NCBI GenBank assembly: GCA_000165425.1
Contig: CT868649.1
Coordinates: 558,001 to 622,000 of the forward strand
DNA length: 64,000 nt
Direction of reading: 5' to 3'
Origin: Paramecium tetraurelia
Taxonomy: Eukaryota
The notes below the pieces were generated by a model. The model made no database searches. It was not told the DNA's origin and saw nothing but the letters and a program-made list of their open reading frames with translations. Below are positions 35,967 to 50,543 of the stretch, in pieces; the first letter of the stretch is position 1; the number at the start of each line of letters is the position of its first letter. A program made the translations under genes and the position numbers.

Positions 35967-37666
35967 ATGGAAGTTGAACGCAACACAGGAAATGATAAAC
36001 TTAGATAATAAGCCGAAGAACACAAAAATAAAGGAAATGATTATTTTAAAAGAGGATTATACTCAAATGCTGCTGAAGAATACGAAAAAGCCATAGGTAT
36101 TCAAATCCATTCATATTTAGAACTATGCACAAATGAAGCCAATTATTACGGCAATAGAGCTGCCTGCTTTCTTCAAATGAAAAAGTAATTCATTATTATC
36201 ATCATTAGGTATAGCAAATGTTTGAAGGACTGCGAATAAGCACTTAGCTTGGATCCCAATAACATCAAATTTCTAAGAAGAAAAGCCTTGAGTTTGTAAT
36301 ATTTGGGACTCTTGACTGAAGCCAAACCTATTTTTGAGCAAATTGCCAATTTAGATAATAGCGAGTAATCCCTCAAAGAACATAAACTAATAAAAGAATT
36401 GATCACTTACTTGTAATAAGCAAGACAGAAGTTGGATGACAACCAATATAAGGAAGCCTTAACCTTTATTGAGAGAGTTGCCAAGGAAGTACCAGATGCT
36501 GTAGATATTCAAATCCTAAATTGCGAATGTCTGGCCAGAACATCCAATATCAATTAAGCCTAAGAATAATTGAGACTTATTTAAGATAAGCATGGGCCGA
36601 GAGTTGAAACTTACTATTTAAAGGGTTTGATAGAATTATACGGAGGAAGTCCAGACAAGGCTAAATCCATTCTCTAAGAAGGCTTAAGACAGGATTAGAA
36701 AAACAAAAAGTGCTTGGCTGCTTTTCAAATGGCAAAAGATTAGGATAGCTATAAATCAAAAGGAAATGATTGTTTAAATTCAAATAGATTTGATGATGCT
36801 ATTGATTTTTATACCAAAGCCTTAGCAGTTGATTCCAACAATTTTAAATTCAATTCCATAATTTATGCAAACAGAGGATTGGCTTATTAGAAAAAGAAGG
36901 ATCATTAGAAAGCAGTTAATGATTTTGATAAATCAATTGAATTGAATGACAGATATTTCAAACCTTACTTGAGAAGAGGAGATTCAAGATAAGAATTAGG
37001 AGATCTGGATGGTGCATAAGGTGACTATCAGAAAGTGATGGAATTGGATCAAGGATCAATATAATAGATGAGATAGAAGATTAATGATCTAACAAGAAAA
37101 CAGAAATAATTATCAAAAAAGGATTATTACAAGATCTTAGATGTCGAGAAGAATGCTACAGATGCAGACATTAAGAAGGCTTATAGAAAATTGGCTTTGT
37201 AATGGCATCCAGATAAAAACAAAGAGAATGAAGAATAGAAGGTATTTTATTTATAATATCCTAATAGAAATTAGCTGATAAAAAATTCAGAGAAATTGCT
37301 GAAGCCTACAGTGTGTTGAGCGATAAAAATAAAAGATAACAATTCGATATGGGAGTAGATCCAAATGATCCAATGGGAGGAGCAGGAGGATTTGAAACAA
37401 ACATTGATCCATCCTAAATATTTAAAATGTTCTTTGGTGGAGAAGGAGGAGGTGATTTTGGTATTGGAAATATGGGAGGAGGAGACTTCCCAGGAGGATT
37501 CAAAACTATGTTTACAACTAACTTAGGAGGGATGGGTTAGAATATGAGAGGAGGATAAGGATTCCCATTTTAATTTGGAGATTTCTCTTAATAAGGAGGG
37601 GCAGGATTCCCTGGATTTTAATTCCCAGGAATGCAATTCACATAACAACAATAAAGAAGAAAATGA
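35967..37666 (+). CDS. DNAJC7: TPR-containing DnaJ co-chaperone
   Basis: [21 protein letters not shown], multiple TPRs, J domain KDYYKIL..KLALQWHPDK, G/F-rich tail. Confidence 0.93.
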
Positions 37667-37854
37667 TCTATTTTGATTCTCTATATTAATATAAATTAAT
37701 GTTTTATGCTTATTCAGATAATTTATTTGTATAATATTTGAAGTGTTTAATTAGATAAATAAACTTACCTGCTGCAAAAAAACGCAGATAAAATAAAAAA
37801 GATTAAATCATGAAATTTTCAATATAATTAAAAAAAAGTATTATCTATTATTCT

Positions 37855-38303
37855 ATGAATTTCTACCCAATTGACTTTGAAGAACAAGCCTCTTAATGTA
37901 CTAAATATATATATTTCTAGAGTTAATTAACGAACCCTAAATTGAGTAAACGAATGAGTCATTATACTATGAGTATGACCAAAGTGCTTATTAGGAGCCA
38001 GAATAACTTAATACTTTTGATGGGTATCTATAAGAAGAGCCTGTCCTTTTGTTTAATTATGTTGAAGAAGCACCAAAAAGGAAAACTAAACATGTTAACA
38101 GAAAATCTAAAAAAATTAGAAAAGCTGATTCAGAAACAGATGTTCCTTCAGGAAAAAGAATTAAATCTCGTATTACTAATAATGATGTCTTGAAATTACA
38201 GTAATGTTAGAGATTAAAAACAATAATCTCTCAAATGGAGGCTCTCTTACAATAAACAAGAACATCAATTCTCAGTCAATATATGAAAAATCACACTAAG
38301 TGA
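37855..38303 (+). CDS. Small hypothetical protein, acidic N-half and basic C-half
   Basis: MNFYPIDFEEQ.., one tiny intron, ..LKTIISQMEALLQQ..NHTK-TGA. Confidence 0.7.
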
Positions 38304-38993
38304 CCTCCTTAATGATTAAATATATCGAGTTATATATATATATATATTTGTAGTAACATATATTATAATAGTTTCTTTTCAAAATTTAAATAGAAGCAAA
38401 TTTTGATTTAGAACATATGGTTGCCAAAACCAACATACTCAAGCTTCTAATATTATCGACAAACTCCGACTAACATCATTCATGAATAAAAGAGAGAGTT
38501 AATTGAGCAACTAATTTTTTTTTTAAAAAGATATACCATAATAACTTAAAGACATATATTGTTATTTCTTAATATAGGTATAAATTTCTTCAATGTTTTA
38601 TAAACAACAATAATTAAATTCAACCTTTTTGAATTGATTTTAATACAATTACACCATCAAATTTCCATAGATTCAGTATTGCCAAGTTCAAAAATCTGAT
38701 TATCATAGATCTAAGTAAATGAATAAAGTCATTTAATTAAAAGTAATGAATGATTATATATTTCATTTGATATATGTGGTTATTATAATCTATATTCGTA
38801 TTCCTGTAATAACTTTAGAATTTGGGTATCGTTACGTTGATTAATTATCTGGAACATCATTAACTACTCCAGAAATTAAAAAAATATTAATCAACTAAAC
38901 AAAATATCTATATATTATTTATAATCTTTAGAGTTATCATCAAATATTGATTTTAAATTGAGATATATAAAAAAAAATTATATATTTTTAGAA

Positions 38994-40528
38994 ATGAGTG
39001 AAATAATTGACTAAAGTATTTTAAAGAAATATGAAATTTTGACTAAAATTGGGAAAGGAGCATATGGAATAGTTTGGAAAGCTAAAGATATTAAGAGTTA
39101 AAAGATAGTAGCCTTAAAAAAAGTTTTTGATGCTTTCAACAATCCAACCGACGCATAAAGAACTTACAGAGAGGTAAGCAAGAATTTTATTATTATTATC
39201 TTAGGTTAGTCTTTTAAAAAAGTTAAATCATCCAAACATTGTATCATTAATTGATACGTATCCAGCTGAAAATTAAAATGATCTATACATGGCTTTTGAA
39301 TACATAGAAACTGATCTTCATGTCGCAATTCGTGCTAAGCTCTTACAACCTCCTCACAGAAGATATATAACATATTAAATATTCAAGGCTTTAAAGTACA
39401 TCCATTCATCAGGCATGATACATAGGTATGAAAGAAGATAATAAATAATTTAGAGACTTGAAGCCAGCAAACATTTTATTAAATTCTGAATGTCAGATAA
39501 AATTGGCTGATTTTGGTTTGGCAAGAATGGTCTCTACTTGGGAGGATGATATATTAACAGATTATGTAGCCACACGATGGTTTAGAGCCCCAGAAATTTT
39601 ATTAGGATCAAAATGGTATTCGATTGGAGTTGATATGTGGGCTATGGGATGTATGATGAGTGAAATGATAATGGGTAAGGTGTTGTTTTCTGGTGGCTCA
39701 ACAATAAATTAGATAGAGAAGATAATTGAGGTTCTTGGTCCTCCTACTTAAGAAGATATCTCAAGTTTTGGAGGATAAAAATAGTTATTTGAGAAATTCT
39801 CCAGAAATTATAAATTCACTTTAAAATCCATTTTGAATTGTGGAAATGATGAATTCGATTTAATTTCTAAGTTGTTAGCTTACAATCCTAATAAAAGATT
39901 AAATGCAATAGAAGCGTTAAATCATCCCTATTTTAGAGAGTATCATAATCCTGAAGAGGAGATCACATTTTAAGGATAAATTAAATTAGAGTTAAAAGAC
40001 GATAAATTGTTTCCCATTCAACTTTATAGAGATTTATTATATAAATAAAACAAAAATTCTAATAGAATGATGAATTTAATATCTAAATAAAAAAAATTAC
40101 TCTAACTTATTGAAAGAAAAGAAATAGAAAGTATCAAGAAAGCAAAAAGTCAATAATAATTAATTTAATAATCTACCAAGAGCGCATTTTTACAAAACAA
40201 ATCAACAAACAATTTTGAAAAAAGCGTAAATAAAACTGTTGCTCTACAATAATAAAATAATTATACAAAGTAATAACCAAATTTGAATAATTTGAAATAA
40301 CAGTAATTGTAGAATAGGTTGAAATAGATTTGCTTATCTTCACCTGATAAAATTGAAACTACTGTCTAATCAAAATCTCCTAAACAATAGATATTAATGC
40401 CACAAAGATAATTTATGAAAACCACCCTCAAACCTATAATCATAAACAATTTAATTGACACATCACTCAGCCCTTAATCATTATCCAAACTATAAGCAAT
40501 AAATTCAATAACTCAAATATAATTATGA
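38994..40528 (+). CDS. MAP kinase, ERK7/MAPK15 subfamily
   Basis: GKGAYGIVWKA, KKVFDAFNNPTDAQRTYRE, HRDLKPAN, DFG, TDYVATRWFRAPE. Confidence 0.92.
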
Positions 40529-41555
40529 TTATATCTGCTTAAGCTACTTATTAATTAAGTATAGATTTAATTTCTTTCATTTCTTAGTTTATTATATTGA
40601 TAAATTTTCTAAGTTTTAATTTAAATCCTTTCTATCTCTTCTGGAATCAAAACATCTACTTCACTTTCTTTAAAACCAATGGTACTCTATACTATATTTT
40701 AAGACAGCAAAATAAATACAATCTCTTTTTATAGTATCCAAAACTATATTGATACTAGTGAGTTTGCCTTAATTACTACAGCATTAAAAATAGTTGAAAA
40801 TATATTCAAAATCTCTTAAAATATATAATTGAAATATAATTTTTAATAATTTTCATTATTTGTAAACAATTATACCATAATATAATCATAGAAATTCTTA
40901 AAACTTCTAGTTATTATAAAAATTATCAAAATAATAATAACAATCTCATTTATAATTACATGCCATGAAGAAATATAAATCAAACATATATCTACAAATC
41001 AAGTACAATTATAAACACAATAATTCATTGAATTTAACTCTAATATAATAATTATCAAAATGCTGTCTATTAATATTATGAACTAAAATTAAGCTTTTTA
41101 AACTTTGTAAAATCTTTAAAACGTTATTATAAATATAACTTTAAAATAGTTGAAATTATGATAACAATTCTTAAATTTAAGATGAAAGTAATTATATACT
41201 TCGACTAAATTTCGGATTCTAATTTTCTAATTAGTTTGGTTATTCCAACCTTCCCTCTGGTGTTTTTGAGTAATTGAGCATCTAAATAATAATGTCAGTC
41301 AATAATAAGCATAAACTTACCTATTTTGTTAAAATTGAACAAAGTAGAGCTTTTATGAACTATAAAGGTAAAAACAACAATATATATAGTCATAATTCCC
41401 AAAATTCAATTTAATAGATAAATTGAATCAAATTATAGGATAGAATATGGGAATAATTGAAATAATTAGATATTATTTTTAATTAAAATTAGAATATATA
41501 ATTAAATTCATGAGTAAATGAAAAGATAATGTAAAAAATATTTAATTATAAAATA

Positions 41556-42690
41556 TCATTAAAAGGAAACTGTGAATTGAGCAAAAACAGGTCTATGATC
41601 ACTTCCTAGAATATCGAAGTTTGCATCATAATTTTATAATTTAAGTTCTTATGTAACACTTTCATTTTATCCTTGTGTCGAAGAAAAGGTTTTTGTTTTT
41701 TTATTTTCCTTAAATAGAATTCTATCACACCATCCAGGTATTCTGAAATCTTTTCCAACAGCCCATTAATTGTGGAATTCTAACATTTTATATGTGGGTG
41801 GAAAGAAGATCATTCCTTCATGAAAATAGGATTAATAATCTAAATATGATCAATGAAATAATACCTTAGGAATGATTTCTACTTTAATACATTTGATCGT
41901 TTTAGAGCCACATGAAAAAATCAGAATGGTGTCTAATAGTTTAAGTTGTGATTTTTTAATCTATTCTTGAATTAAAGTCGCCTGTCCAGATCAAATAATC
42001 ATATGGTACATTCTTGTGACTAGAGAAAACCTCTTTTTCAAAGTGAGTTTCAAGTTTAGAGAATTGAGTTTACCTTTTACTCTCTGCATTCTATCCACTT
42101 TCAAGATGACTGTTTGCAAATAAGAATATTTTATCATTAATATTAAGAGAGACTGCAATTCCTCCTTTATTACCCACTATTCCCATAAAGCCTTGTGAGA
42201 GTGTATAAGGTCTTCCATTCTTAATTTTAGGGATCAATAGGACATGGGCAAATACGATGAGATGCATTGCATTCAGTGTTGTGGATTGGACTTTAACGTA
42301 ATTTTTTCCTAGTTCTTCTTTCAATTTTGATTCCCAACTTCCTTTTGATTCGCATAAGAGTGATACAGCTATGCTCCTGGAACATTCTTAAGTTCCCACT
42401 ACAATTAAATCATGATGGACTTATTCAACATTAAAAAGTCTCTTTAAAGGGTAACCAGGTATAATCCCATGCATATTCCATGTAATCACAAGTATTTTGA
42501 TATCATTATCTAGAGTCCATTCTAACTTCGGTTAGTTCATCCATTTGTAGGAACACTTATGATTGAGGTGTAGCATTTCTTAATTGAGATGTCCAATTAA
42601 TTTCGAATCCTATGAGAACTCACTGAAAAACCTGTGGTTAAATAAGGGGAAGGGGAGATGGTCTTGTTGATTAATAGATTTATTGTTCAT
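41556..42690 (-). CDS. Inositol polyphosphate 5-phosphatase
   Basis: ITWNM, GTQEC, GNKGG, NSHL, WTGDFNSR, PGWCDRILF, SDHRPV. Confidence 0.92.
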
Positions 42691-42734
42691 AATGATTATT
42701 TTTCAGTGAGATTTCTCGTATATTAAAATATATA

Positions 42735-45700
42735 ATGTAATATAGTTTATCCAAGAAATTAGAAGAATTCCAAGATCTTGATCCAAGCGAGTCGTTTCCC
42801 CAGAGAAGAGTGTCCAAAACCATCGGTTATCAGAATAGCTAATCAATTCAAGAGGAAGACGAGGAGCAATCCTCTTCAAATGTACAATAACCTAAAGCTA
42901 AATTACCTTACATGAATTCTTCAATCTAGTAGCCTTGTGAATTTAGTGGGAGCGACATGAAAGTGCCAACGATCTATACGAATATTCAATCAATTAAAAG
43001 TTTTGATAAAAACCTATTCTAACCAGAATCAAAGAAGTATGAAGTCGTTATTGATTAATTTATAGTAAAATAGTTGATATCTCAGGATTTGATAGTGCAA
43101 TACAATCTCCCCAATCAGATTCTGTATTCAAATATATATATTATTAGGTTGAATCCTATTTGGTGGATAACAACAAAGCTTCAACGCTCAATTCTTAACA
43201 TATCAAAGCAATCATCAATAGGTTTATCTAGAAAATGAAAAGGAAAGTGGATTGGACATAGTTGAACGATTTCACTTTAACAGATAATGCATATGAAGGT
43301 ACTCATTTTTCAAATAGATCTTAGTGAATCCTTAGATTTATAAGTGGTTTACAATATTCTACTTCCTATTTAGTACGACCATCAATATCCTATCGATAAT
43401 ATTCATACCTTTGCAAATTGTTGAAGAATTAGAATTTAAGATTGTAGCTTACACTGCTCACTGTTTAGTCATCTTCTAAATAACAGCAGACATTCATTTC
43501 AAGAGAGGACCCTTTCATTTGTAAGAAGGCAATTTTAATACTTCTTTTATGGATGACACCAAATTAGCCTTAGATCTATTTCGGATCATATTTGCCATCC
43601 TATTAATATTGGTCTATTATTATAATGTGAAATATCTGATTATCCCCTATTTCATTTTGCAATTGATAAGGTAGGCTGAGCGTTTCGAGAACATTTACAC
43701 TTCGATTTCGCTGTTTTTTTATATCATAGTTTTGTGGCTTACGATCATAATGTCATTTGTTTGTCTCTTTGAATGCGAGTAGGACATATATTATTCACTG
43801 ACTGTTGCAGTCTCCATTCTCACTCATAATGGGATAATCGCTGTGGATGTCACTCCCACGAATTCGTTCCTCCTTCAAACTTACATGATTATTGGTTGGT
43901 TATCCATGATTTACACAGCCACTGTTATTTTCATTTGGATCAAACCCTCCATCAAATTGGAATAGGAGAAGGAGAAACATTTGGCTTCATTCCTCCAGGG
44001 AATCAAGAACAAAAATATCGATTATGGATTACAATGCAGATGCTACTCATATCTTGAGTATATAGTTGATGTAAATTGGATTCTCAGATTTAGGAAGACA
44101 TCATGAAAACCCGTGATTTGTTGACCAAGAAGTTGTCGCCTGCTCTTTAAGAAGAATTGCAAGTCTCCATTCGTTCCAAGATGGTTGAGAAGATCAAACT
44201 GTTTAAGAAGTTTTCTTCGAGTCTAAGACAGCAATTGATCTATTGGTTTGAAATTGCACAATACAACCCAGAAGAAAATATAGTCTAAGTATAACAAAAA
44301 GTAATTCTAAGGAACACTTAATAGAAGACCATTGTTTATATTACATATTGAAGGGGAAAGTCAAAATACAATTCCAAGGTTAATTTTAAGGGAAGCCAAA
44401 GAGAACATTTCACACTTTGACAGAAGGTTAAACATTTGGTGAATTTTCATTTATTAGCGGAATTCCACCTTACATTTCATTAAACAGTGATGGATTAACC
44501 ACAGTTTTGAGATTGAGGAGATCTGATTTCTTAGAAATCATCAAGTCCTTTCCTTAAGATAATGAAATCTTTTGTTTTTATAAGGATAACTGTAATCAGA
44601 ATCACAACATGTTTGAATGCCATTATTGTAAGGTTTAGGGACATATGCTGTTTGAATGCTAATACTTGTAATATTATCCTTAAAAAATGAATGTCATTGA
44701 GAAATACTTATATCCTCATATACAATAGCGGTTTAAGACAGAAAGGCGTTTGAAGTCGCCGAAAGCGTTACCTATGTTATTTGTTGTGGGAGAAAGTGCA
44801 AAGCAATTTCAGTAAAAACTATCTTAGGAAATAATGACATCTGAGGATTTCCCAGTGTCCTCATAATTACCGTACAGTGAAAGTATTAATAAAATTGATA
44901 TATATATATTAAATCTATATAGATCAGACCCAACAATCAGCCAGCTACCTAAGTAAGACTCAATCGATCCATAAAAACCCAGATTAGCTGAGTGAGAATC
45001 CTGACAGTGTTGAAGATTAATTATATGATGAAATGATAATAGACCCAGTACATAATAATCAATTCAGAAAATAATAAAATAAAACTACTCTAAGAACTGC
45101 TGGATTTCCTTTTTAGGCAGACAACCTAGGTACTAAGGTTCATAAGCCTATGGTAGAAAACTTGCACAAAGAAAAATTATAAATGATTAGTGAAGCAACA
45201 TAAAGTAAATAATTTGACTCTCTCAATTCAAAACACGAAGATTCAAATTAATTTAGTAAGTAAACCAGTAGTTCGTAAGCATTCGTCAAGAAAAATAATG
45301 TATACTCTGCAGCACGATCAATGCACACCAAATTGACATTCCGATATCAACAACAACAATCCAGTTAGATGGAGGAGTCAATTCAATTCTAATAACAATA
45401 GAATTCTGTAAGACAAACATCCAATCGATCAAACACTTATTCGAATCCTCTTTCAAACAACATATCTAACAATCCATCAATTGCTTCAAAGGTACATACA
45501 AAATCAGCCAGAGTGTCTCCTACTTAATTTTAGTCATAGCAGAAAAAGAAGGATGAGAGGGCCTCTCATAGTGATCAATCATTATCTGAATAGCGACATA
45601 CAAATAGAAAAAAGAGTACTAAAACAGGAACAAAAGTTAGCATACTATAATCTCAATTCCAAGTAATCAACACTCCTGATGTATTTAAGTTGATTTATTT

Positions 45701-45947
45701 ATAAGAATCCACATTTTCAATACAATGAGATATTTTTTAATAGATTTGAGAAAATGCATCTATTCAAGTACTACAATCCCCACAACAACTACGACAATGT
45801 GATACAGAGGTAATCAATCAAGGATGATATTTTAGAACCAACAAGTTTCACAGATAAAAGAAGGGAAAACCCAGTTTATACACTTTAAAGTGTTTTGTTT
45901 CTACAAAAATAAAGCGAGTCAAGAGATTATTAGAATAACAAACATGA
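42735..45947 (+). CDS. Cyclic-nucleotide-binding-domain cation channel-like protein
   Basis: Hydrophobic segments, C-linker, CNBD (YNPEENIV..LYYILKGKV..GQTFGEFSF), zinc knuckle CHYCKVQGHMLFEC, long low-complexity tail. Confidence 0.85.
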
Positions 45948-46008
45948 TAAAATATTAATATTACTAAAATTGAATATTCTTTCTAGATATATGAAATGAT
46001 GTAAATGT

Positions 46009-47520
46009 TCATTTAATGTTTTAATTTTCTCCAAACTTCTCTTCAATCCATCTCATAGTAATTGATCCTGGTCTTTCAATTGGTAATCCGAAGGCTCTTG
46101 ACCAGATGAGGTTGGCCATACATCCTAATGCTCTTGAGACTGCGAAAACGACAGTGTAATATTAGAATTCTCTCATTCCATAGTGATAAAGGAGGACTCC
46201 TGAATGTGCATCAACATTTCTATGATAATAATCTATAAATACGGCCATGGGTTTTAGATTTTTCCGATGGTCTTCAAAACAGGTGGAATAACATGATAAC
46301 ATTGTCTGACTAAGTCAACCAAGGGATCATCCTTGATGTGTCTAGCAGCAAAGTCCTTTTGATGGATGAAACGTGGATCTGTGTATCTCAAAACAGCATG
46401 ACCATATCCTGGGATGACCTTTCCTTCTCTGATGGTTGTGAGAACGTAATCTTGGATTTTTTCGTTTGAGATGTTTTCACCCAATTCTTCCTATAAAAGG
46501 TTTAATATGTTGAGATACTCTCATTTCCAAGAGCCATTTGAGGACTTCTTAGTTTGCAAGACCATGTAATGGACCAGCCAAACCATTGACACCAGCAGAA
46601 TATGACAAATATGGATCTGCCAATGCTGATCCAACCAAATGTGTTGTGTGTGCACTCACATTACCTCCTTCATGATCAGCATGAATGCTTAAATATCCTC
46701 TCAAACATTCTCTAACCTCAAATTTGTTATATCCAAGCATGTGAGCATAATTACCAGCCCAATCCAAGTTGTCATCAGCTGAGATGATTTCACCATTCTT
46801 AAGTCTATAAACAAATAAATACCTTATATTTGTGTCTGTAGATCAAGGCAGCAACTCTTGGGATTTTGGCCAATAAATCCATGGCATCTTCATAGAAGTA
46901 TTCCCAATATTATGGCTTTGAAACCTTTCCTTGGTCATAGACTTGTTGGAATTGAGAGTCCTTTTACAAAAACAACAATGTTTAAGATAACATTGTCATT
47001 GGGTGAGCAGCCTTTGGTAAACTCAAAATGAACTTTTATGTCTCACTATCCAATTGTCCTCTTTATTTCCATTCTTATTGAACGTCAGCGAATTCTTGTT
47101 CGGCTAAAAGATATATAACAACATATATGTACATGGGAAGTCACCTGTGCACAACAACCAAAACAAGGCTTCTGGTAAAGGCTCGTGTCCATTCTCAGCC
47201 TTTTAGAGATATTCCTACAATTCAGGGATGTTGTAATCTCTCATTGTGATACCCTATTTCGTTAAATATGAATGTATTACTGTTTTAGCATCCAACAATG
47301 ATGCATCGTAAAAGAGACCGAACACGTTTCTCATTCCTCCAATAGCTTAGTCAACTGTAACTTTGCACACTTCCTTTGCTCCATATCTCTTTCTGACATC
47401 TCGCAATAAGGCTTATTTCACAGGCACAAGCTCTCTCATTCTCTTCTTCAACAGCCCATGTGTATTGTTATACACACTTCTGTAAAACATTTACACTGCA
47501 CTTCTAGAGTTCACTTACAT
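46009..47520 (-). CDS. CS: Mitochondrial citrate synthase
   Basis: [59 protein letters not shown]. Confidence 0.97.
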
Positions 47521-47925
47521 GATGATATATTATAATTATTATCAAAAATTCAAGATATTATCTGCATTTATACACACCCTATGCGCATTAATTATAGCAT
47601 AATTAAAAAGATTCGCTAATTTTCTAATTATTATAAAAATTATTTTTATAATTAGATATTTATTTTGTGGTTAATTCTTTATTAAAAACCAATAATTACA
47701 CTACCCTCTTATTCTAATCTCAATCCTAATCAGTCTGCAAATCCCAATACTCCTCATTCCATTTACATTCATCTTATTCCCAATGCCCAACTACATCAAC
47801 AAATTGGCGTAGTAAATAACTTGAGTTAGGTTTTTAATCAACTTTCGTGAAGAATCCCTTACTTCATTAAATGACAATATTTAGAAAAAGGGATTAAAAT
47901 ACAAATGTTTAATTTACAATTGCAG

Positions 47926-48876
47926 TCAATATTATGCCTAAAAATTCAATTTTTGTTATAATTTATCATATATTAAGAGTTAAGTAGAAGGAACTAACTG
48001 CCTTGGATTTATTGGAATATATCCCTTAAATACTCCCCTTATACCTTCCTTTTAGTAACTATTAAAAATATGATCAAATAATCTCTTTAATTATAAGATT
48101 AATTATTACTTATTATTGGCAATTTAACATTATTTTCTTTCTCACAGTATCCAGTGGATGCACTAGTAATTCTGATGAAGAGACTACAAGTTATGCTAAT
48201 AAAAAGTTGCTCAAATTCAATTCGTTTCTCTAAGCCAATTAATCTCCCCAAATTATGTATTACCCAGTATCATACCCACTTATTACTATTAATATTATGA
48301 ATCTACCCAAAGTAGCATGCTTTGTATATAAATGAACAAATAGCTGTCATCCCAAATCCCTTATACATGTCTCTTAACATGAACCATAATTTTTATTTTT
48401 CTTTCTATGCTTTTATTAAATTATTCGCTAATCTGACTCGACTAAAATTTAAAGTGTAAAATATTGGCAAAGTAACAGTTCCTGCTATTCCTCCATTTAA
48501 TAAAGAATAACCAAAGTATCTACATAGATTAAAGTATTAATCACTTTATTAATTGCTTATTCACATCAATTTTTGATAAGCACTATCTATTTAAAGCATT
48601 ATAAATTGAAAAATTGAATCCTTAGATTAATGAAAATCTAACCATTCTAGTATTTTTTCTTAATTGCCTCAACAACGTGCCGTCCATAATCACTTATTTA
48701 CAACCATCTAATATTCCAGTAGGCTGATTCTATTTCTTATAGGGATACCCAATCATTATTAAAAACTAAAGTTCATAGATTGAGCTCACAATCAGCTTAG
48801 GTAGGACTCCAGAGCTTACTCCAATAATAAAATCTATGAAGATTTGAGGAATGAAAGCATCTTTTGAAGAAGACAT
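47926..48876 (-). CDS. Mitochondrial carrier protein, divergent ADP/ATP-carrier-like
   Basis: QGFNFS, LNGGIAG..YTLNFSRVRLA, MYKGFG..IYKACYFGGYDTG, HPLDTVR, KEGIRGVFKG, LLIYD. Confidence 0.8.
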
Positions 48877-49505
48877 ATGAACTATTTATTTTAATTATGA
48901 TAAGAATTATATCAATTTATAAAAATTGAAATTATATTTTAAGACAAAAATTACCAATTACCAAGTATATTAATTAACGATTAAATTAAATAAGTAAGTT
49001 TCTTTAAATTATACAAGAAGTTTATATATTATTATCCTTGGATAGACCCATAGGTAGATTATGGAAATATCAGTACAAATTTATTTTTCAGTATGAAAAT
49101 TTGAAATTATTAAGATAACCAATAATAATACTTTTATATTTTAATGATCCTTATCATGAATAATCGAGATATATATTATGTACTTAGTTCACAATATCAA
49201 TTATATTATAAGTAGAAATTCTGCTAGAATAATATTTAAATTATTAATTAACCTGCAAAGATCCAATCTAAGTCAAATTGTAATACATATTAAGTGTTAT
49301 TAGAAGGATAAGAATTTATAAATTCAGAATGAATCAGGAAAGTCTTAAAAGGACATTGCTGTAAATCAATTTTATAGATCAGAAAGATTTAATAAGAGTT
49401 TACATTAGAATGGGGGTAGAATGATGGCCAATTTAACAAAATTCAGTTATTCTGTCTTCAATTCAACATTTTAATGAATAATGATAATTATAATAAATAT
49501 TATTA

Positions 49506-50514
49506 ATGGATTAATGCAAAACATATTCTCATATACGAGCGACATCTTCTTGTAAGTCTAAACATAAAATTTCTAATAAGTCTCGTGATTTAATCAATCC
49601 TAGAAAGAGATCTGTTACTTTCAATAGTGATGTTGATTTAATTAAGTCAATAAGTTGTCAAGAAAACTTACTTGATCTAATAGGGAAAGTGCAGAAATAG
49701 AAGCAAGACTATCTTTTGTCTCTTTAAAACTCTTAAATGTCTCTACTTCCACCTTTGAAACTTGAAGAGGAAGATAATAAGACGGCAAAATAATAAGTGA
49801 AAAAGTAGACTAATAAAGAGTACTATGAATTTACCATACCTATGGATCCGTATAAAAAGCAGCTGTATCAGAAATTAAATATTTATGGGAAATTCATTGA
49901 GCCAACACAATACAAAAAAATAGATTATTAGTAGATTTAGACATTGTAAGTTTTTATTGTTATATGTTAGTGAATCAGCAATTTCATAAATATAATTTTA
50001 GGAATGCAATAAGGACAAGATAAACAAATTACAAGAATAAGATACCTAAAAGCAAATGGATAAGTTAATGTCATAAGTTGATGAAACTCAAAGATTCAAT
50101 TAGCAATATTATACAAACTACAACCAAGATTATGATTTATTTTAAGAACAGTAGAAAATGAACAAGATCATAAGTGAAGCTCTAAAATTTAAGCAGTAGA
50201 AAAGAGAACCTATCAATGCATCAAAAAGTGTTAAGTAGAAGAGAACATAAATGAGGAATTACCTTCAGAATCAATACTAGAATGCGCTAAACTCTGTGAT
50301 GCAGGGGATCAATGTGAATACAGAAGAGGATAACCTATTTATAAGAAAGAAATATTAAAAAAAAATTAAGCTAAATACTTCCTTTAATAATTCCAGAATT
50401 ACTTCCCAATATACCAAGAAAGCAATTTCTTCTTAAATTATACATCCTGATAGATAAGAGTTTGTTAATAAGACTCTGGAGATCTATGACAAATGCAATA
50501 CTTATCTTCATTGA
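49506..50514 (+). CDS. Hypothetical protein with KRSVTF (RVxF-like) motif
   Basis: Open frame with one 25-nt intron, MDQCKTYSH.. to ..CNTYLH-TGA. Confidence 0.7.
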
Positions 50515-50543
50515 CATATAAAATATTATATATTTTTTAATTA

